A stretch of 56,676 nucleotides of DNA from an uncultured virus (IMG/VR IMGVR_UViG_3300032272_000004) (taxonomy: Duplodnaviria > Heunggongvirae > Uroviricota > Caudoviricetes), in IMG/VR virus record IMGVR_UViG_3300032272_000004; one strand, given 5' to 3'. The notes below the pieces were generated by a model. The model made no database searches and was not told the origin of the DNA. It saw nothing but the letters and a program-made list of their open reading frames with translations. The translations under genes were made by a program, and so were the position numbers. Shown piece after piece: positions 27,324 to 36,033 of the stretch (position 1 is its first letter; the number at the start of each line of letters is the position of its first letter).

Positions 27324-27387
27324 GCTTCTGGGTTGACGGCACGGTTTCTAGGTGTCGTCAACCGCCTACTCGTGCGATCATGAAGCC

Positions 27388-28128
27388 ATGCTCGACACAC
27401 ACAAGCTTGCGCAGGCTGCGGCCGAATTCTTCGGCAACGGCGTGGCCGTTGCCCAGGACGCGATCGACCAGATGCAGTCCTGGGGCATTGCGCTCGCGCG
27501 CAACGCCCCCCTGAAATTCGGTCCGGTCGCTCTCTTGAGCGAGGAGTGCTCGCTCTGCGAGCGCTTGGCCACGGCACACTGCCAGGCCTGCGGCGACATC
27601 GTCTGTCTCCACCACGCGCGCACCTCGTCAGCTGGCGACGTAATCTGTGCTGATTGCGTGGAAATCGCCATCGAGGAGCTGTCTCCGGTGGGACGCCCGA
27701 TCACCCTGCTCGATCTGAAGAATGGCATCGAGGAGGAGGTCGAGGTCGAGCCCGAGCGCTACCGCAAGCAGCAGCAGCGCAAAGGCAAGCGCAAAGGCAG
27801 GGGCAAGGGCAAAGGCAAGGGCAAGGGGTCCAAGCCTCAGCCTCAGCACCGTACCCGAGCTCGGAAGCCGCAGCCGCAGCCTCCGAAGGCGCAGAAGCCC
27901 GAGCCCGAGCCCGAGCGTGACATGGCCGAGCCTGATCTCGAGGAGACGGTTGCCTGCCGTGTCCTCGGTGTCGAGCCCGGCTGCAGCTGGGATGAGATCA
28001 ACACTGCGTTTCGGCGACTGAGCATCAAGCACCATCCGGACCGCAAGGGCGGCGACGCTGAGCGCTTCCAGGAACTGAGCGTTGCCTACGCGTCGCTGAA
28101 ATCTCACTACGGAAGGGTCGCTGCCTGA
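27388..28128 (+). CDS. zinc-finger + C-terminal DnaJ-domain protein
   Basis: CSLC..HCQAC...CLHH...CADC; VLGV...EINTAFRRLSIKHHPDRKGG...FQELSVAY. Confidence 0.85.
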   Translation: MLDTHKLAQAAAEFFGNGVAVAQDAIDQMQSWGIALARNAPLKFGPVALLSEECSLCERLATAHCQACGDIVCLHHARTSSAGDVICADCVEIAIEELSPVGRPITLLDLKNGIEEEVEVEPERYRKQQQRKGKRKGRGKGKGKGKGSKPQPQHRTRARKPQPQPPKAQKPEPEPERDMAEPDLEETVACRVLGVEPGCSWDEINTAFRRLSIKHHPDRKGGDAERFQELSVAYASLKSHYGRVAA

Positions 28129-28445
28129 TGTATCCCGCAGGTCTCGGAGCCGGTCCCGGCCCCGTCGAAACGTATCTCGTCGACATGCCGTTCCCCTGGG
28201 GCGACAACACGGCGGTGACGTTGCCGGTGCAGGAAATCGCCGACGATTTTACGTCGGCGATCCTGCCCGAGGCCTCCGCACGCGCAAACCAGCTCATCGA
28301 GCGCCAGTGGCGGCAGATGATCCGTCCCGACATTCAGGACGAACTCGATCGGATCGACGTCATCAAAAAGGAGTTGATCACGGCTTTTGCCGTGGGCATC
28401 GGCGTGCTCGGCGTCGGCGCCTACTTTATCTGGAGGAAACGATGA
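28128..28445 (+). CDS. small protein with C-terminal TM anchor
   Basis: MYPAGLG start; TM then WRKR. Confidence 0.65.
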   Translation: MYPAGLGAGPGPVETYLVDMPFPWGDNTAVTLPVQEIADDFTSAILPEASARANQLIERQWRQMIRPDIQDELDRIDVIKKELITAFAVGIGVLGVGAYFIWRKR

Positions 28446-28906
28446 AAGGCCTCGGTGATGTTCCGCTCGGATTTGTGGAGATCGACCCGCTGACGGTGTG
28501 GTCGGTGCAAGGGCGTCCTCACCTCGAGGTCAAAGGCCCCCCTCCAGTCTTCATTCGAGCCAAGTTTGTGAACATTCGGGGGCAGGCTCCCGAGCCCGCG
28601 TTTCCTCGCTGGCTGATGTACTGCGGACCGACGACCAAGGCTCAGGTGCCGTTTCTCGTGCAGCAAATGCAGCGCTGGATCCAGGCGCAGCGTCCCGACG
28701 GCTTCTGGACCGTGTATTACGAGCTCGCCTACCTCGCTCCCAACGGTTTCCAGGGGTACAATTGGCCTTGGCGTGAGACCCGCATGGTGTGGCGCCACGA
28801 GCCGGCGCCGCCGCAGCCCTGGGTCTACTCGGGCGACCCCTTCGACCCGCGCGCGCAGCGCTGGAAGCAACTTCCACCCCACCAAACCCGCTGGAGCTAC
28901 GGATGA
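28442..28906 (+). CDS. hypothetical structural-module protein
   Basis: GGAGG RBS; MKGLGD start. Confidence 0.6.
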   Translation: MKGLGDVPLGFVEIDPLTVWSVQGRPHLEVKGPPPVFIRAKFVNIRGQAPEPAFPRWLMYCGPTTKAQVPFLVQQMQRWIQAQRPDGFWTVYYELAYLAPNGFQGYNWPWRETRMVWRHEPAPPQPWVYSGDPFDPRAQRWKQLPPHQTRWSYG

Positions 28907-29184
28907 GCTACTACGCCTCGAATCACAAGCTGACCCGGCCCGGGATGCCGTTCGAGATCTTCTCGCCGATCCCCGGGTGGCAAATGAACCCCTACGCCGC
29001 CGGCAACGCGCGGGTCGGCATCGGAGCTACGGGCTACGAGGAAACCGGGTGGGGCATGGTCGCCCTGGTTGGCGCCGGTACCCTCTTGACTGGTCTCTTC
29101 GTGGGTCACGCGGTCGGCAAGCGCTCGACTGCGAAGAAGTTCCGGTCCAATCGCCGGCGCCAGCTCCGGCGCCTGGGGTCGTAG
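28903..29184 (+). CDS. small membrane protein with basic tail
   Basis: MSYY start as in 26505; GIG motif, TM, FRSNRRR tail. Confidence 0.6.
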   Translation: MSYYASNHKLTRPGMPFEIFSPIPGWQMNPYAAGNARVGIGATGYEETGWGMVALVGAGTLLTGLFVGHAVGKRSTAKKFRSNRRRQLRRLGS

Positions 29185-29435
29185 TGCAGGCGCTCGCGGG
29201 TGCGTGCCCGCCGTGCTCCTTCTACTCCCCCGCCGAGCAGCGGTGCGTCTGGTGTCCGACGGATCCGGCCATCGCCGATCCCATCCCGGAATGCTTCGGT
29301 TGCAATGGCCGCACCCCCCTGTCAGCTCCCTGGTATCGCGATCCGGACGTGATGGTGCCGGTGCTCACCGGGATCGGGGGTAGCATCGTCGGTGCACTCG
29401 CCATTGCTTGGCTCTCGAAGAGGCTCAGCATCTGA
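29184..29435 (+). CDS. small Cys-rich protein with C-terminal TM
   Basis: CPPC, CVWC, CFGC; TM then KR. Confidence 0.55.
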   Translation: MQALAGACPPCSFYSPAEQRCVWCPTDPAIADPIPECFGCNGRTPLSAPWYRDPDVMVPVLTGIGGSIVGALAIAWLSKRLSI

Positions 29436-29436
29436 G

Positions 29437-29886
29437 ATGCCTGATCTGTGGGAGCAGCTCGCCGTAGGCGGTCCCATCAGCGTCTTGGTCGCCGCAGCGC
29501 TCTGGTACATCAACCGCGAGCGTGTCAGCTACGTCAAGAAGCTCGAAGCCGCCACAGCGGCTCGCCTGGAAGACGCTGCCCTGTATGCCACCCGCCTGGT
29601 GGATTTCACGGAGGCGAGTGCCAAGTACCGCAAGAAGTACGAGGAGTCGCGCGAGCGCGACCGGCAGGTGACTCGGCGCTTGGTGCGGACGCTCGAACGG
29701 ATCCGCGTGGTCGACGCTCGCAGCTTGAGGCCCGCCAGTCCCGACTCGAGTGATGATTGGGAGTTCGACCGGCCCTCGCGCGAGCCCGAGCGCCCAAACC
29801 CCCCCCCTCTACCTACTTCCAAGGGTGCCTACAGCCTGACCCACGAGCAGCTCATGCGGTCGCTGAAAGACGGGGGAAAGAAATGA
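29437..29886 (+). CDS. N-terminal TM + coiled-coil protein (possible holin)
   Basis: LAVGGPISVLVAAALWYI then heptads. Confidence 0.55.
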   Translation: MPDLWEQLAVGGPISVLVAAALWYINRERVSYVKKLEAATAARLEDAALYATRLVDFTEASAKYRKKYEESRERDRQVTRRLVRTLERIRVVDARSLRPASPDSSDDWEFDRPSREPERPNPPPLPTSKGAYSLTHEQLMRSLKDGGKK

Positions 29887-30140
29887 ACTGGTTGACATCC
29901 TGGCTGCGTCCAGCATCGGCAACGGTCGATGCGTGCCCGCCGAGCCCGGCCGCGGATCGATTCCGCGTTGCGCTCGCGCGGATTGATGACGAAACACGCA
30001 GCCTGTGCACCGACGAGCCGAAACCACTCGACGAAATCGAGGATGATCTGCGATCATTGCTGAGGAAATTCGATGCACGACCCAGCACCACCGGAGGAAA
30101 CCCTCCTGGGCCAGAGCCAGAGCCAGAGCATCCAGATTGA
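29883..30140 (+). CDS. hypothetical protein
   Basis: ATGA-coupled start. Confidence 0.45.
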   Translation: MNWLTSWLRPASATVDACPPSPAADRFRVALARIDDETRSLCTDEPKPLDEIEDDLRSLLRKFDARPSTTGGNPPGPEPEPEHPD

Positions 30141-30597
30141 GGAGCAGACCCGCGAAGCGATCCGGCAGCTCACGTACTCGAACCTCGACCTGGCCCTCCA
30201 TCAAAAGAAGACCCGGGACCGGTTGGCGTGGGTCGCAGCGATCGTGATCGGGGTGTTTATCGTCGGGGTGGCGGCCCACGCCCACCTGGTGCTGCAGACG
30301 CTCGACTTTCGGAGGGACATCGACCGCTCGGTTTCTGCGGCTCGTATCGACGTGCGCGACCTCGACCGCGACGTGCGGGAGGCCCGCGCCCGGGACCTGG
30401 CGATCAGTCGAGCTATCACAGCTCAGGTCCGAGCCTGCAGCTCCCCCAAGACTGCTGAGGGGCGCCTGGCTCGTCGCGCTGGGGTAGAGGCCCAGATCGC
30501 CGTGATCGACGACCTGCCTTCCACGGCCGCGCTGGAGCGCGAGCGCCAGCTGCTCGTGCTCGAGCTGGGCCTGACATCGGAAGAGTCCCCGCGATGA
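30073..30597 (+). CDS. TM + coiled-coil protein (possible lysis/spanin-like)
   Basis: GAGG RBS; single TM then long amphipathic helix. Confidence 0.55.
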   Translation: MHDPAPPEETLLGQSQSQSIQIEEQTREAIRQLTYSNLDLALHQKKTRDRLAWVAAIVIGVFIVGVAAHAHLVLQTLDFRRDIDRSVSAARIDVRDLDRDVREARARDLAISRAITAQVRACSSPKTAEGRLARRAGVEAQIAVIDDLPSTAALERERQLLVLELGLTSEESPR

Positions 30598-30806
30598 CCC
30601 CACTCCTCGAACTCCCCATCGTCTTCGACTTCTACCTGCTCGGTTGGATCTTCGCGGTCATGCTGGCGTGGCATGCTCGAGACCCCGACGTCCCCCAGCC
30701 GATGTGGCGTCCGCTGCTGATCGGGACCATCTGGCCGCTCGTGCTGCTCGTGTTCCTCATTATCTGCATCGAAGATGCGTGGCCGGACGATTTTCCGAGA
30801 AACTGA
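30594..30806 (+). CDS. small two-TM protein
   Basis: Two hydrophobic segments, ATGA coupling. Confidence 0.6.
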   Translation: MTPLLELPIVFDFYLLGWIFAVMLAWHARDPDVPQPMWRPLLIGTIWPLVLLVFLIICIEDAWPDDFPRN

Positions 30807-30845
30807 CGCAACATTTCCGGCTGTTGGACCCTTATAGGGTAGGGC

Positions 30846-30874
30846 TTGACGGAGTGGTGACAGCACGGCACCCT
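30846..30874 (+). promoter_or_regulatory. promoter with operator half-site
   Basis: TTGACG-17nt-CACCCT; right half GGCACC only; ATG 30883. Confidence 0.55.
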
Positions 30875-30882
30875 CGGAGGGC

Positions 30883-31464
30883 ATGAAACAGGTATCTCCG
30901 GACGTTTTCGTGAAGGGTGGGACGACCACCAGTAAATGGGACAACGATCGCGCGGAGCTGCGGGCTGCCGCCGAGCTCGGTCGACAGCATCAAGATCGGC
31001 AGCGCTTGGCAGTGCGCCGCGGCGCCAAGGATCCGAAGGCCGGCATTGGTGCCCTGCTCACCAACAAGTTTGGCGGCAACAACGCCGCTCAAAACCCGAT
31101 GCTGGCCATGGTCTACGCCTCGAAGGATCGGAGCCAGGAGGTGGAGGGGCTCGTCGACCTGATCGAGACCACGACCGACGGGGAGCCGGACCTGGCGATG
31201 ATCATCGTTTGCCCCGACTGCATGGTGCGGGAGCAGACACAGGCCTACGCCCAGATGATGGTGCGCCAGAGCCAAAAGGGCTGGGAACTCACCCCCTACC
31301 CCCTCGACGACCCGAAGTTTTACCAGCATCCGCAGGCGCCCGACGTCTTCGTGCCGCTGATCGGTGAGGTCACGATGGATGAGACTGCCTGGTGTACCGG
31401 CCTCGGCTGCAGCTACGGTTTCCGGATCAACAGGAACCGCATCTATCGGGAGTGGAAGTCGTAG
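30883..31464 (+). CDS. hypothetical zinc-binding protein
   Basis: CPDC and C....C motifs. Confidence 0.65.
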   Translation: MKQVSPDVFVKGGTTTSKWDNDRAELRAAAELGRQHQDRQRLAVRRGAKDPKAGIGALLTNKFGGNNAAQNPMLAMVYASKDRSQEVEGLVDLIETTTDGEPDLAMIIVCPDCMVREQTQAYAQMMVRQSQKGWELTPYPLDDPKFYQHPQAPDVFVPLIGEVTMDETAWCTGLGCSYGFRINRNRIYREWKS

Positions 31465-32044
31465 GGAGTTGGAGGCTGGTCACGACGACGCGTAGGGAGT
31501 TTGGAGGCCTGGCAGCAGCCGGTTTGGAAGTGGAGTGGGCGGGGAGTTGGAGGCGAGACACCGCCGGACACGAGTTCGTCGAGATTTTGGGAGTGGAGGG
31601 AACCCACGTATGGCGTAGGGAGTGGAGGAGACCAAGTCGTGCTGGGAGCCGGAGGAACTGGCAGACTGCGCTGGGAGCTGGAGGCCAGCGAGTACACGTC
31701 TTGGGAGTGGAGGTGGTGGACGTTCAGGTGGGGAGTGGAGGCGTGTGTCCGAAGGAGGTTCGCGTTGTGTTGGGAGTGGAGGCCACGAGGCCTGAAGTCG
31801 CGTCGTCGCGATACAGTGGAGCGGGAGGTTCGACTCCTTCCGTTTCAACAAGGCCCTAACCGGCCTTCGCCCTGATGGTGACTGGCACCGGGGAAGTCGG
31901 GCTGACCCAATCCGACCAGGAGCAGCAGCTCCCTGAAATGAGGCTGATGCCAAGGCCAGGCTGCGCTAGTCGGTGTAGGAGTGGAGGAGAGGTGGGCTGG
32001 CCGTGTGGGAACGGAGGAACTGGCAGACTGCTGGGAGCTGGAGG
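31448..32044 (+). repeat. array of GGGAG(Y)1-3GGAGG motifs, largely non-coding
   Basis: About 15 copies (some degenerate), many 25-31 nt apart, all on + strand. Confidence 0.8.
31817..31850 (+). ncRNA. tRNA minihelix-like hairpin
   Basis: TGGAGCG-GGAGG-TTCGACT-CCTTC-CGTTTCA-ACA: 7+5 bp (3 G.U) closed by a T-loop. Confidence 0.45.
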
Positions 32045-32065
32045 AGAGGTCTGTTGCTGGGTGGC

Positions 32066-32094
32066 TTGACGAGGTGTCGAGCAATGGGCACCCT
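32066..32094 (+). promoter_or_regulatory. promoter with operator
   Basis: TTGACG-17nt-CACCCT; GGTGTC-N8-GGCACC 32073-32092; ATG 32101. Confidence 0.7.
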
Positions 32095-32100
32095 GGCCGG

Positions 32101-32367
32101 ATGGCTACACTGCAGAGCGTGATGAGCGCAGTCGAGATCGGTGGGAGTACCGACTTCCCGTCGGCTTCGCGCGGCCTTTCGGTGGCGCAACTGTTGAAGG
32201 GCGAGCGCCGCCAGGGATACGAGATGGTCCCGGCCTACGCGGTCCGGCTGAAGTCTGCTGTCGACGCTCAGTTCGACGTCGACATTCCCATCGACGAGGA
32301 GCGCTTTGAGCACCTCTTGGGCGCATGGAAGCAGGCGGTTCGCAACCCTCACCTCGCGAGGGACTGA
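32101..32367 (+). CDS. hypothetical protein
   Basis: ATG six nt after -10; coupled to next gene. Confidence 0.6.
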   Translation: MATLQSVMSAVEIGGSTDFPSASRGLSVAQLLKGERRQGYEMVPAYAVRLKSAVDAQFDVDIPIDEERFEHLLGAWKQAVRNPHLARD

Positions 32368-32999
32368 TGCGAGAGCTTTATCCGTTCGTGCCGACCCCCG
32401 CCGAGTTGCACCTGATCCGCAGCGGTCGAACCACGCAGCTCCGGTTTATCGGCGATGACGTCCTGTCCCCCCTCAGTGAGCGGCAGAGTCGCCGTACCAG
32501 TCAGGCCCAGGTGGGCGACGCTCTCTGGGTGCGGGAGCAATGGTGCGCCTACAGGAGGAACCGGCAGGGCAAGCGATGTCCGGTGCAGCAGGGGAAGCTT
32601 GCGCGACGAGAGGACGAGTTTCACTACCTTCCCCAGCTGCTCGCCGATACGCAACCCGGCGGTCGCCTCGGGGATTCGGTGTGGCGCTCGGCTGACAAGA
32701 TGCCACAGAATGCGTGCCGGCTGCTGCTCGGGGTGGTGCGCGCAGGACGTGAGAATCTGCAGGACATCACCAACGAGGATGCCTTGGCCAGCGGCATGCC
32801 GGATGATCGTTTGTTCCTCCCCTCCGGCAGCTTCATAGACGACTTGAAGCCGGACGAGCGCCCTCCCGAACTACCGCGCAACAACTTCGCGGTCCGCTGG
32901 AACCTGCGCGCTCCTCGTGGCAGCCGATGGGAAGACAATCCGCGCGTCACCCGGATCGAATTCGTGCTCGAGCACGCCCGAATCTTCACGACCCGATGA
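32367..32999 (+). CDS. ASCH/PUA-like phage protein
   Basis: I.SG..TQ.R, GDALWVRE, MP..ACR, LQDITNEDA..G, W..NP.V..IEF. Confidence 0.75.
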   Translation: MRELYPFVPTPAELHLIRSGRTTQLRFIGDDVLSPLSERQSRRTSQAQVGDALWVREQWCAYRRNRQGKRCPVQQGKLARREDEFHYLPQLLADTQPGGRLGDSVWRSADKMPQNACRLLLGVVRAGRENLQDITNEDALASGMPDDRLFLPSGSFIDDLKPDERPPELPRNNFAVRWNLRAPRGSRWEDNPRVTRIEFVLEHARIFTTR

Positions 33000-33017
33000 T
33001 CCACCCCTCAGCAAGAC

Positions 33018-33046
33018 TTGACAGGGTGTCGAGCGATTGGCACCGT
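33018..33046 (+). promoter_or_regulatory. promoter with operator
   Basis: TTGACA-17nt-CACCGT; GGTGTC-N8-GGCACC 33025-33044; ATG 33054. Confidence 0.7.
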
Positions 33047-33053
33047 GCGCTAG

Positions 33054-34466
33054 ATGGTCGACGAGAAGTTCCAGCAGGACAGCCCCTTCAAACCCAGTGT
33101 CGACGGCCACTGGGCCAACCCGGACGAAGTCGAGGGAGGCCTCGTCCGCGGCGAGCCGACTCCCGAGGAGTACGGCGCCGAGATCACAGCTCCCGGTCGC
33201 CGGGCGGCCTATCAGGCCGGAGTCCGCTACGTGGCGGACTACGAAACGACGGAAGACGGGATGTGCCGTCACGCCCGGGTGCATGCTCGGGCGCTGCACG
33301 AGGCGGGGGTCCCCGTCAACCTGCGGAGCATCGGGTACCGGATGAAGATCGACGGGATCCACCGTCGCGCCGGCGAAGACCTGCTCGCCGACGATGTCTA
33401 CGAGCTCGTGGTGCCCATGCTGCGCACCACGTTCGAGGCTGTGGCGCTGACGATCATTCACGCGGTGACGCGCGACCCGACGACACTGCTCGCGCTAGCT
33501 CTCCCAGACGACGTGCAGGACCGGCCGGCGGTCGCGGCCCAGATCCTCGACCGCACCATCATCTACGCGCCCTGGGAGTGCTCGCGCGTATCGAAGCGCC
33601 TGGTGGACGTCCTGAACCGCATGGGTCAGGTGTGGGTGGCCTGTGCGCGGAACGCCGAAGCCCTACGGGACAGCGGCGTGACCGGGGCGCTGGTGCGGAC
33701 TGTGCCCAACGCGTTCGATCCTCAGAGCTTGCTTGCCCGGGCGGCCAAGACAGATGGATCGTCGACGAATCAGCGGCGATTTTATCACATCGGAAAGTGG
33801 GAGCCCCGGAAGGACCAGCACAAGCTGCTCGGTGCCTTTGTGCACCGCTTCAGGCCGTCCGATGGCGTGACGCTCTACATCAAGACGAGCCCATTCGGAG
33901 AGTGGAAGAACTATCCCGGTCCGCTCGACTCGGTAAAGCATTGGCTGGACCAGGAGGACGTGAAGCGGCGTGGGTGGACCTCGTCACACTTCGACTCGAA
34001 ATCCAAACAGAACCTGGTGCGCATCGACGAGCGGATGCTTACTGACGGAGAAATCGTCGGCCTGCACCGCTACAACAACATCTACGTGAGCTGCGCCCAT
34101 GGCGAGGCGTGGGACTACCCGGCCTTCGACAGCAAGGTGATGGGAAACCGCCTCGTCTACGTCGGCTACGGCGGCCCGGAGGACTACGCGGCCAGCACCG
34201 ACATCCGGGTGCCCTGGACCACGGAGCCCGTGAGTCCGGAGTACGACTGGGAGCCTGGGGCTCAGTGGGGAGGCTACACGGTAGAGGATCTGAGCTTGGC
34301 CCTGGGCAACGCTCGGGTGCCGCGTGAGCGCGACCTCCAGTGGGACCGGGCGGCGGCTCAGTACACCACCAAGGGGGTCGGCAAACACATGGCGAAGCTC
34401 GTCCGGGGCCTGCTGCTCGAAAAGGACGAGGTGCTGTCCGCGGCATTGGGACAGAAGGGCGGATGA
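33054..34466 (+). CDS. GT-B (GT4-like) glycosyltransferase
   Basis: FYHIGKWEPRKD, LYIKT, IYVSCAHGEAWDYPAFDS. Confidence 0.8.
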   Translation: MVDEKFQQDSPFKPSVDGHWANPDEVEGGLVRGEPTPEEYGAEITAPGRRAAYQAGVRYVADYETTEDGMCRHARVHARALHEAGVPVNLRSIGYRMKIDGIHRRAGEDLLADDVYELVVPMLRTTFEAVALTIIHAVTRDPTTLLALALPDDVQDRPAVAAQILDRTIIYAPWECSRVSKRLVDVLNRMGQVWVACARNAEALRDSGVTGALVRTVPNAFDPQSLLARAAKTDGSSTNQRRFYHIGKWEPRKDQHKLLGAFVHRFRPSDGVTLYIKTSPFGEWKNYPGPLDSVKHWLDQEDVKRRGWTSSHFDSKSKQNLVRIDERMLTDGEIVGLHRYNNIYVSCAHGEAWDYPAFDSKVMGNRLVYVGYGGPEDYAASTDIRVPWTTEPVSPEYDWEPGAQWGGYTVEDLSLALGNARVPRERDLQWDRAAAQYTTKGVGKHMAKLVRGLLLEKDEVLSAALGQKGG

Positions 34467-34924
34467 CGGAGCCCTCGCCAGAACTCGTCGGCTGGGCCTC
34501 GGCGCTGCCGGGGTTTGTCGACCGCCTGATCAAGTCGGTTCCTACCCGTCCGCCCATCCTCGCCATTTACAGCCGCGAGTTTGCGCTCGCCGACTGGGCT
34601 CCTTGGGAGGAACTGATCCGCCGCTACTTGCATCGTCACCGAGAGGTGTTTGCGGTGCTGGACCCTGGGGACGCTTGGGTGGCGCTCGTGCCGACGCTGC
34701 CCACACCGATGGTGCTGGACTGTGCGACCTACCGCTACACCCTGGTGCGAAAGAAGCGCCGGCGTGCCGTGCTCGCGAGCGAGCTCGTCTGCGCGGGTCC
34801 CGAAGACGAGGAGGGTCGACTTCATCAGGCCTTCCGGTACCGTGTGCCGCGGGTGCAGCGTGCCGAGGACGGCACCACGACAATTAGCTACGAGCATCCG
34901 AAGGGGGAACAGAGTGACAAATAG
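34463..34924 (+). CDS. hypothetical protein
   Basis: ATGA-coupled ORF between the two glycosyltransferases. Confidence 0.55.
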   Translation: MTEPSPELVGWASALPGFVDRLIKSVPTRPPILAIYSREFALADWAPWEELIRRYLHRHREVFAVLDPGDAWVALVPTLPTPMVLDCATYRYTLVRKKRRRAVLASELVCAGPEDEEGRLHQAFRYRVPRVQRAEDGTTTISYEHPKGEQSDK

Positions 34925-36020
34925 TAGTGTGCGCCTGTATGGCCACGTGCTGGGGGCTGGGTCTTTTGCCAACGTGACGCGGGGTATCGAGCTTGCGCTC
35001 AAATCTTTCCACGGACGTCACGCAGGCACCTACGGTGTCGATGACCCGCCCGATCCGGACCTCGGCTGCGAGCCCATCCCGGGCTACCAGGCCCGTGTGG
35101 GGCTCTCTGTCGGCGCTCCGAGCCTGGTGTCTCTCTCGATCACGGGAGGCGCTCACAAGGAGCGCTGGCTCATGCTGGCCCCCAACTCGTCCCGCATCCC
35201 GGCCGAGATGGCTCTCTGGATCCCCAAATGCCTCGATCGGCTGCTCACCCCGAGCCGCTGGGGAAAATTCGTGCTCGAGCAACAGCTCCCGGAGGACTTC
35301 CCGATCCACGTGGTGCCGCACGGCGTGATGCCGGAGTTTGTCGTCCAGGCCGAGGCTCGGGAGAAGCGACTGCTGGAGTTCCGCCAGGAGGGCACCCTCG
35401 TTTGGGCTCACTTCACCTCGACCAACACCAACCGCAAGGGTACCCGCCAGATGTTCGAGGCGTGGCGGGACTTCGTCAACGAGAAGCACACGTCCGAGAC
35501 GAGCGAGCTCGTGGTCTACGCCGAGCCTCGTGGGGTGCAGCAGCTGTGCTGGCTGGCCGAGGAGATGTCTATTCCGCAGATCGACATCCGGGCCAACCCG
35601 AAAGTCACCATCGAGCAGATGCCGACGGTCTACGCCGAGCACCACGCCTTCATGCAGCCCAGCCGGGCAGAAGGCTTCGGCCTGGTGCCGCTGGAGGCGC
35701 TCGCCTCGGGTATCCCCGTTGCAGCTACGGCGTGCACCGGTCACGGGATGTACATGGGCACGACCCAGATGACCACCCGCGGTTTCCCGGGCTCGATGCG
35801 CATTCAGCATGGGCCGCTCGAGCCTCTCGACGAGACCGCCGGCGGTGAGGCTCCTGCCGTTTCAGCCCTCAGCATCTTCGATGCGTTTGTCGCTATGACG
35901 CGGCACTACGAGACGATGCACCAGGAGGCGCTCGACGGGGCGAAGCTCGTGCAGCGTCTCTGGAGTTGGCAAGAGGCCTCCGGTGGGCCTCTCGAGGAGC
36001 TGCTTCTGCAGCTCGACTGA
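34914..36020 (+). CDS. GT4 glycosyltransferase
   Basis: LTPS.W, VVPHG, RKG, FMQPSRAEGFGLVPLEALASGIPV. Confidence 0.88.
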   Translation: MTNSSVRLYGHVLGAGSFANVTRGIELALKSFHGRHAGTYGVDDPPDPDLGCEPIPGYQARVGLSVGAPSLVSLSITGGAHKERWLMLAPNSSRIPAEMALWIPKCLDRLLTPSRWGKFVLEQQLPEDFPIHVVPHGVMPEFVVQAEAREKRLLEFRQEGTLVWAHFTSTNTNRKGTRQMFEAWRDFVNEKHTSETSELVVYAEPRGVQQLCWLAEEMSIPQIDIRANPKVTIEQMPTVYAEHHAFMQPSRAEGFGLVPLEALASGIPVAATACTGHGMYMGTTQMTTRGFPGSMRIQHGPLEPLDETAGGEAPAVSALSIFDAFVAMTRHYETMHQEALDGAKLVQRLWSWQEASGGPLEELLLQLD

Positions 36021-36033
36021 AGGAACGAACACG

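Noticed and set aside
31392..31953. ORFs 31392..31859, 31501..31875 and 31480..31953
   Set aside because: Translations merely reflect the GGGAG repeats in shifting frames; no protein-like composition
31448..32044. CRISPR array
   Set aside because: Repeat is only 11-13 nt, variable and non-palindromic; spacing is irregular; no cas genes
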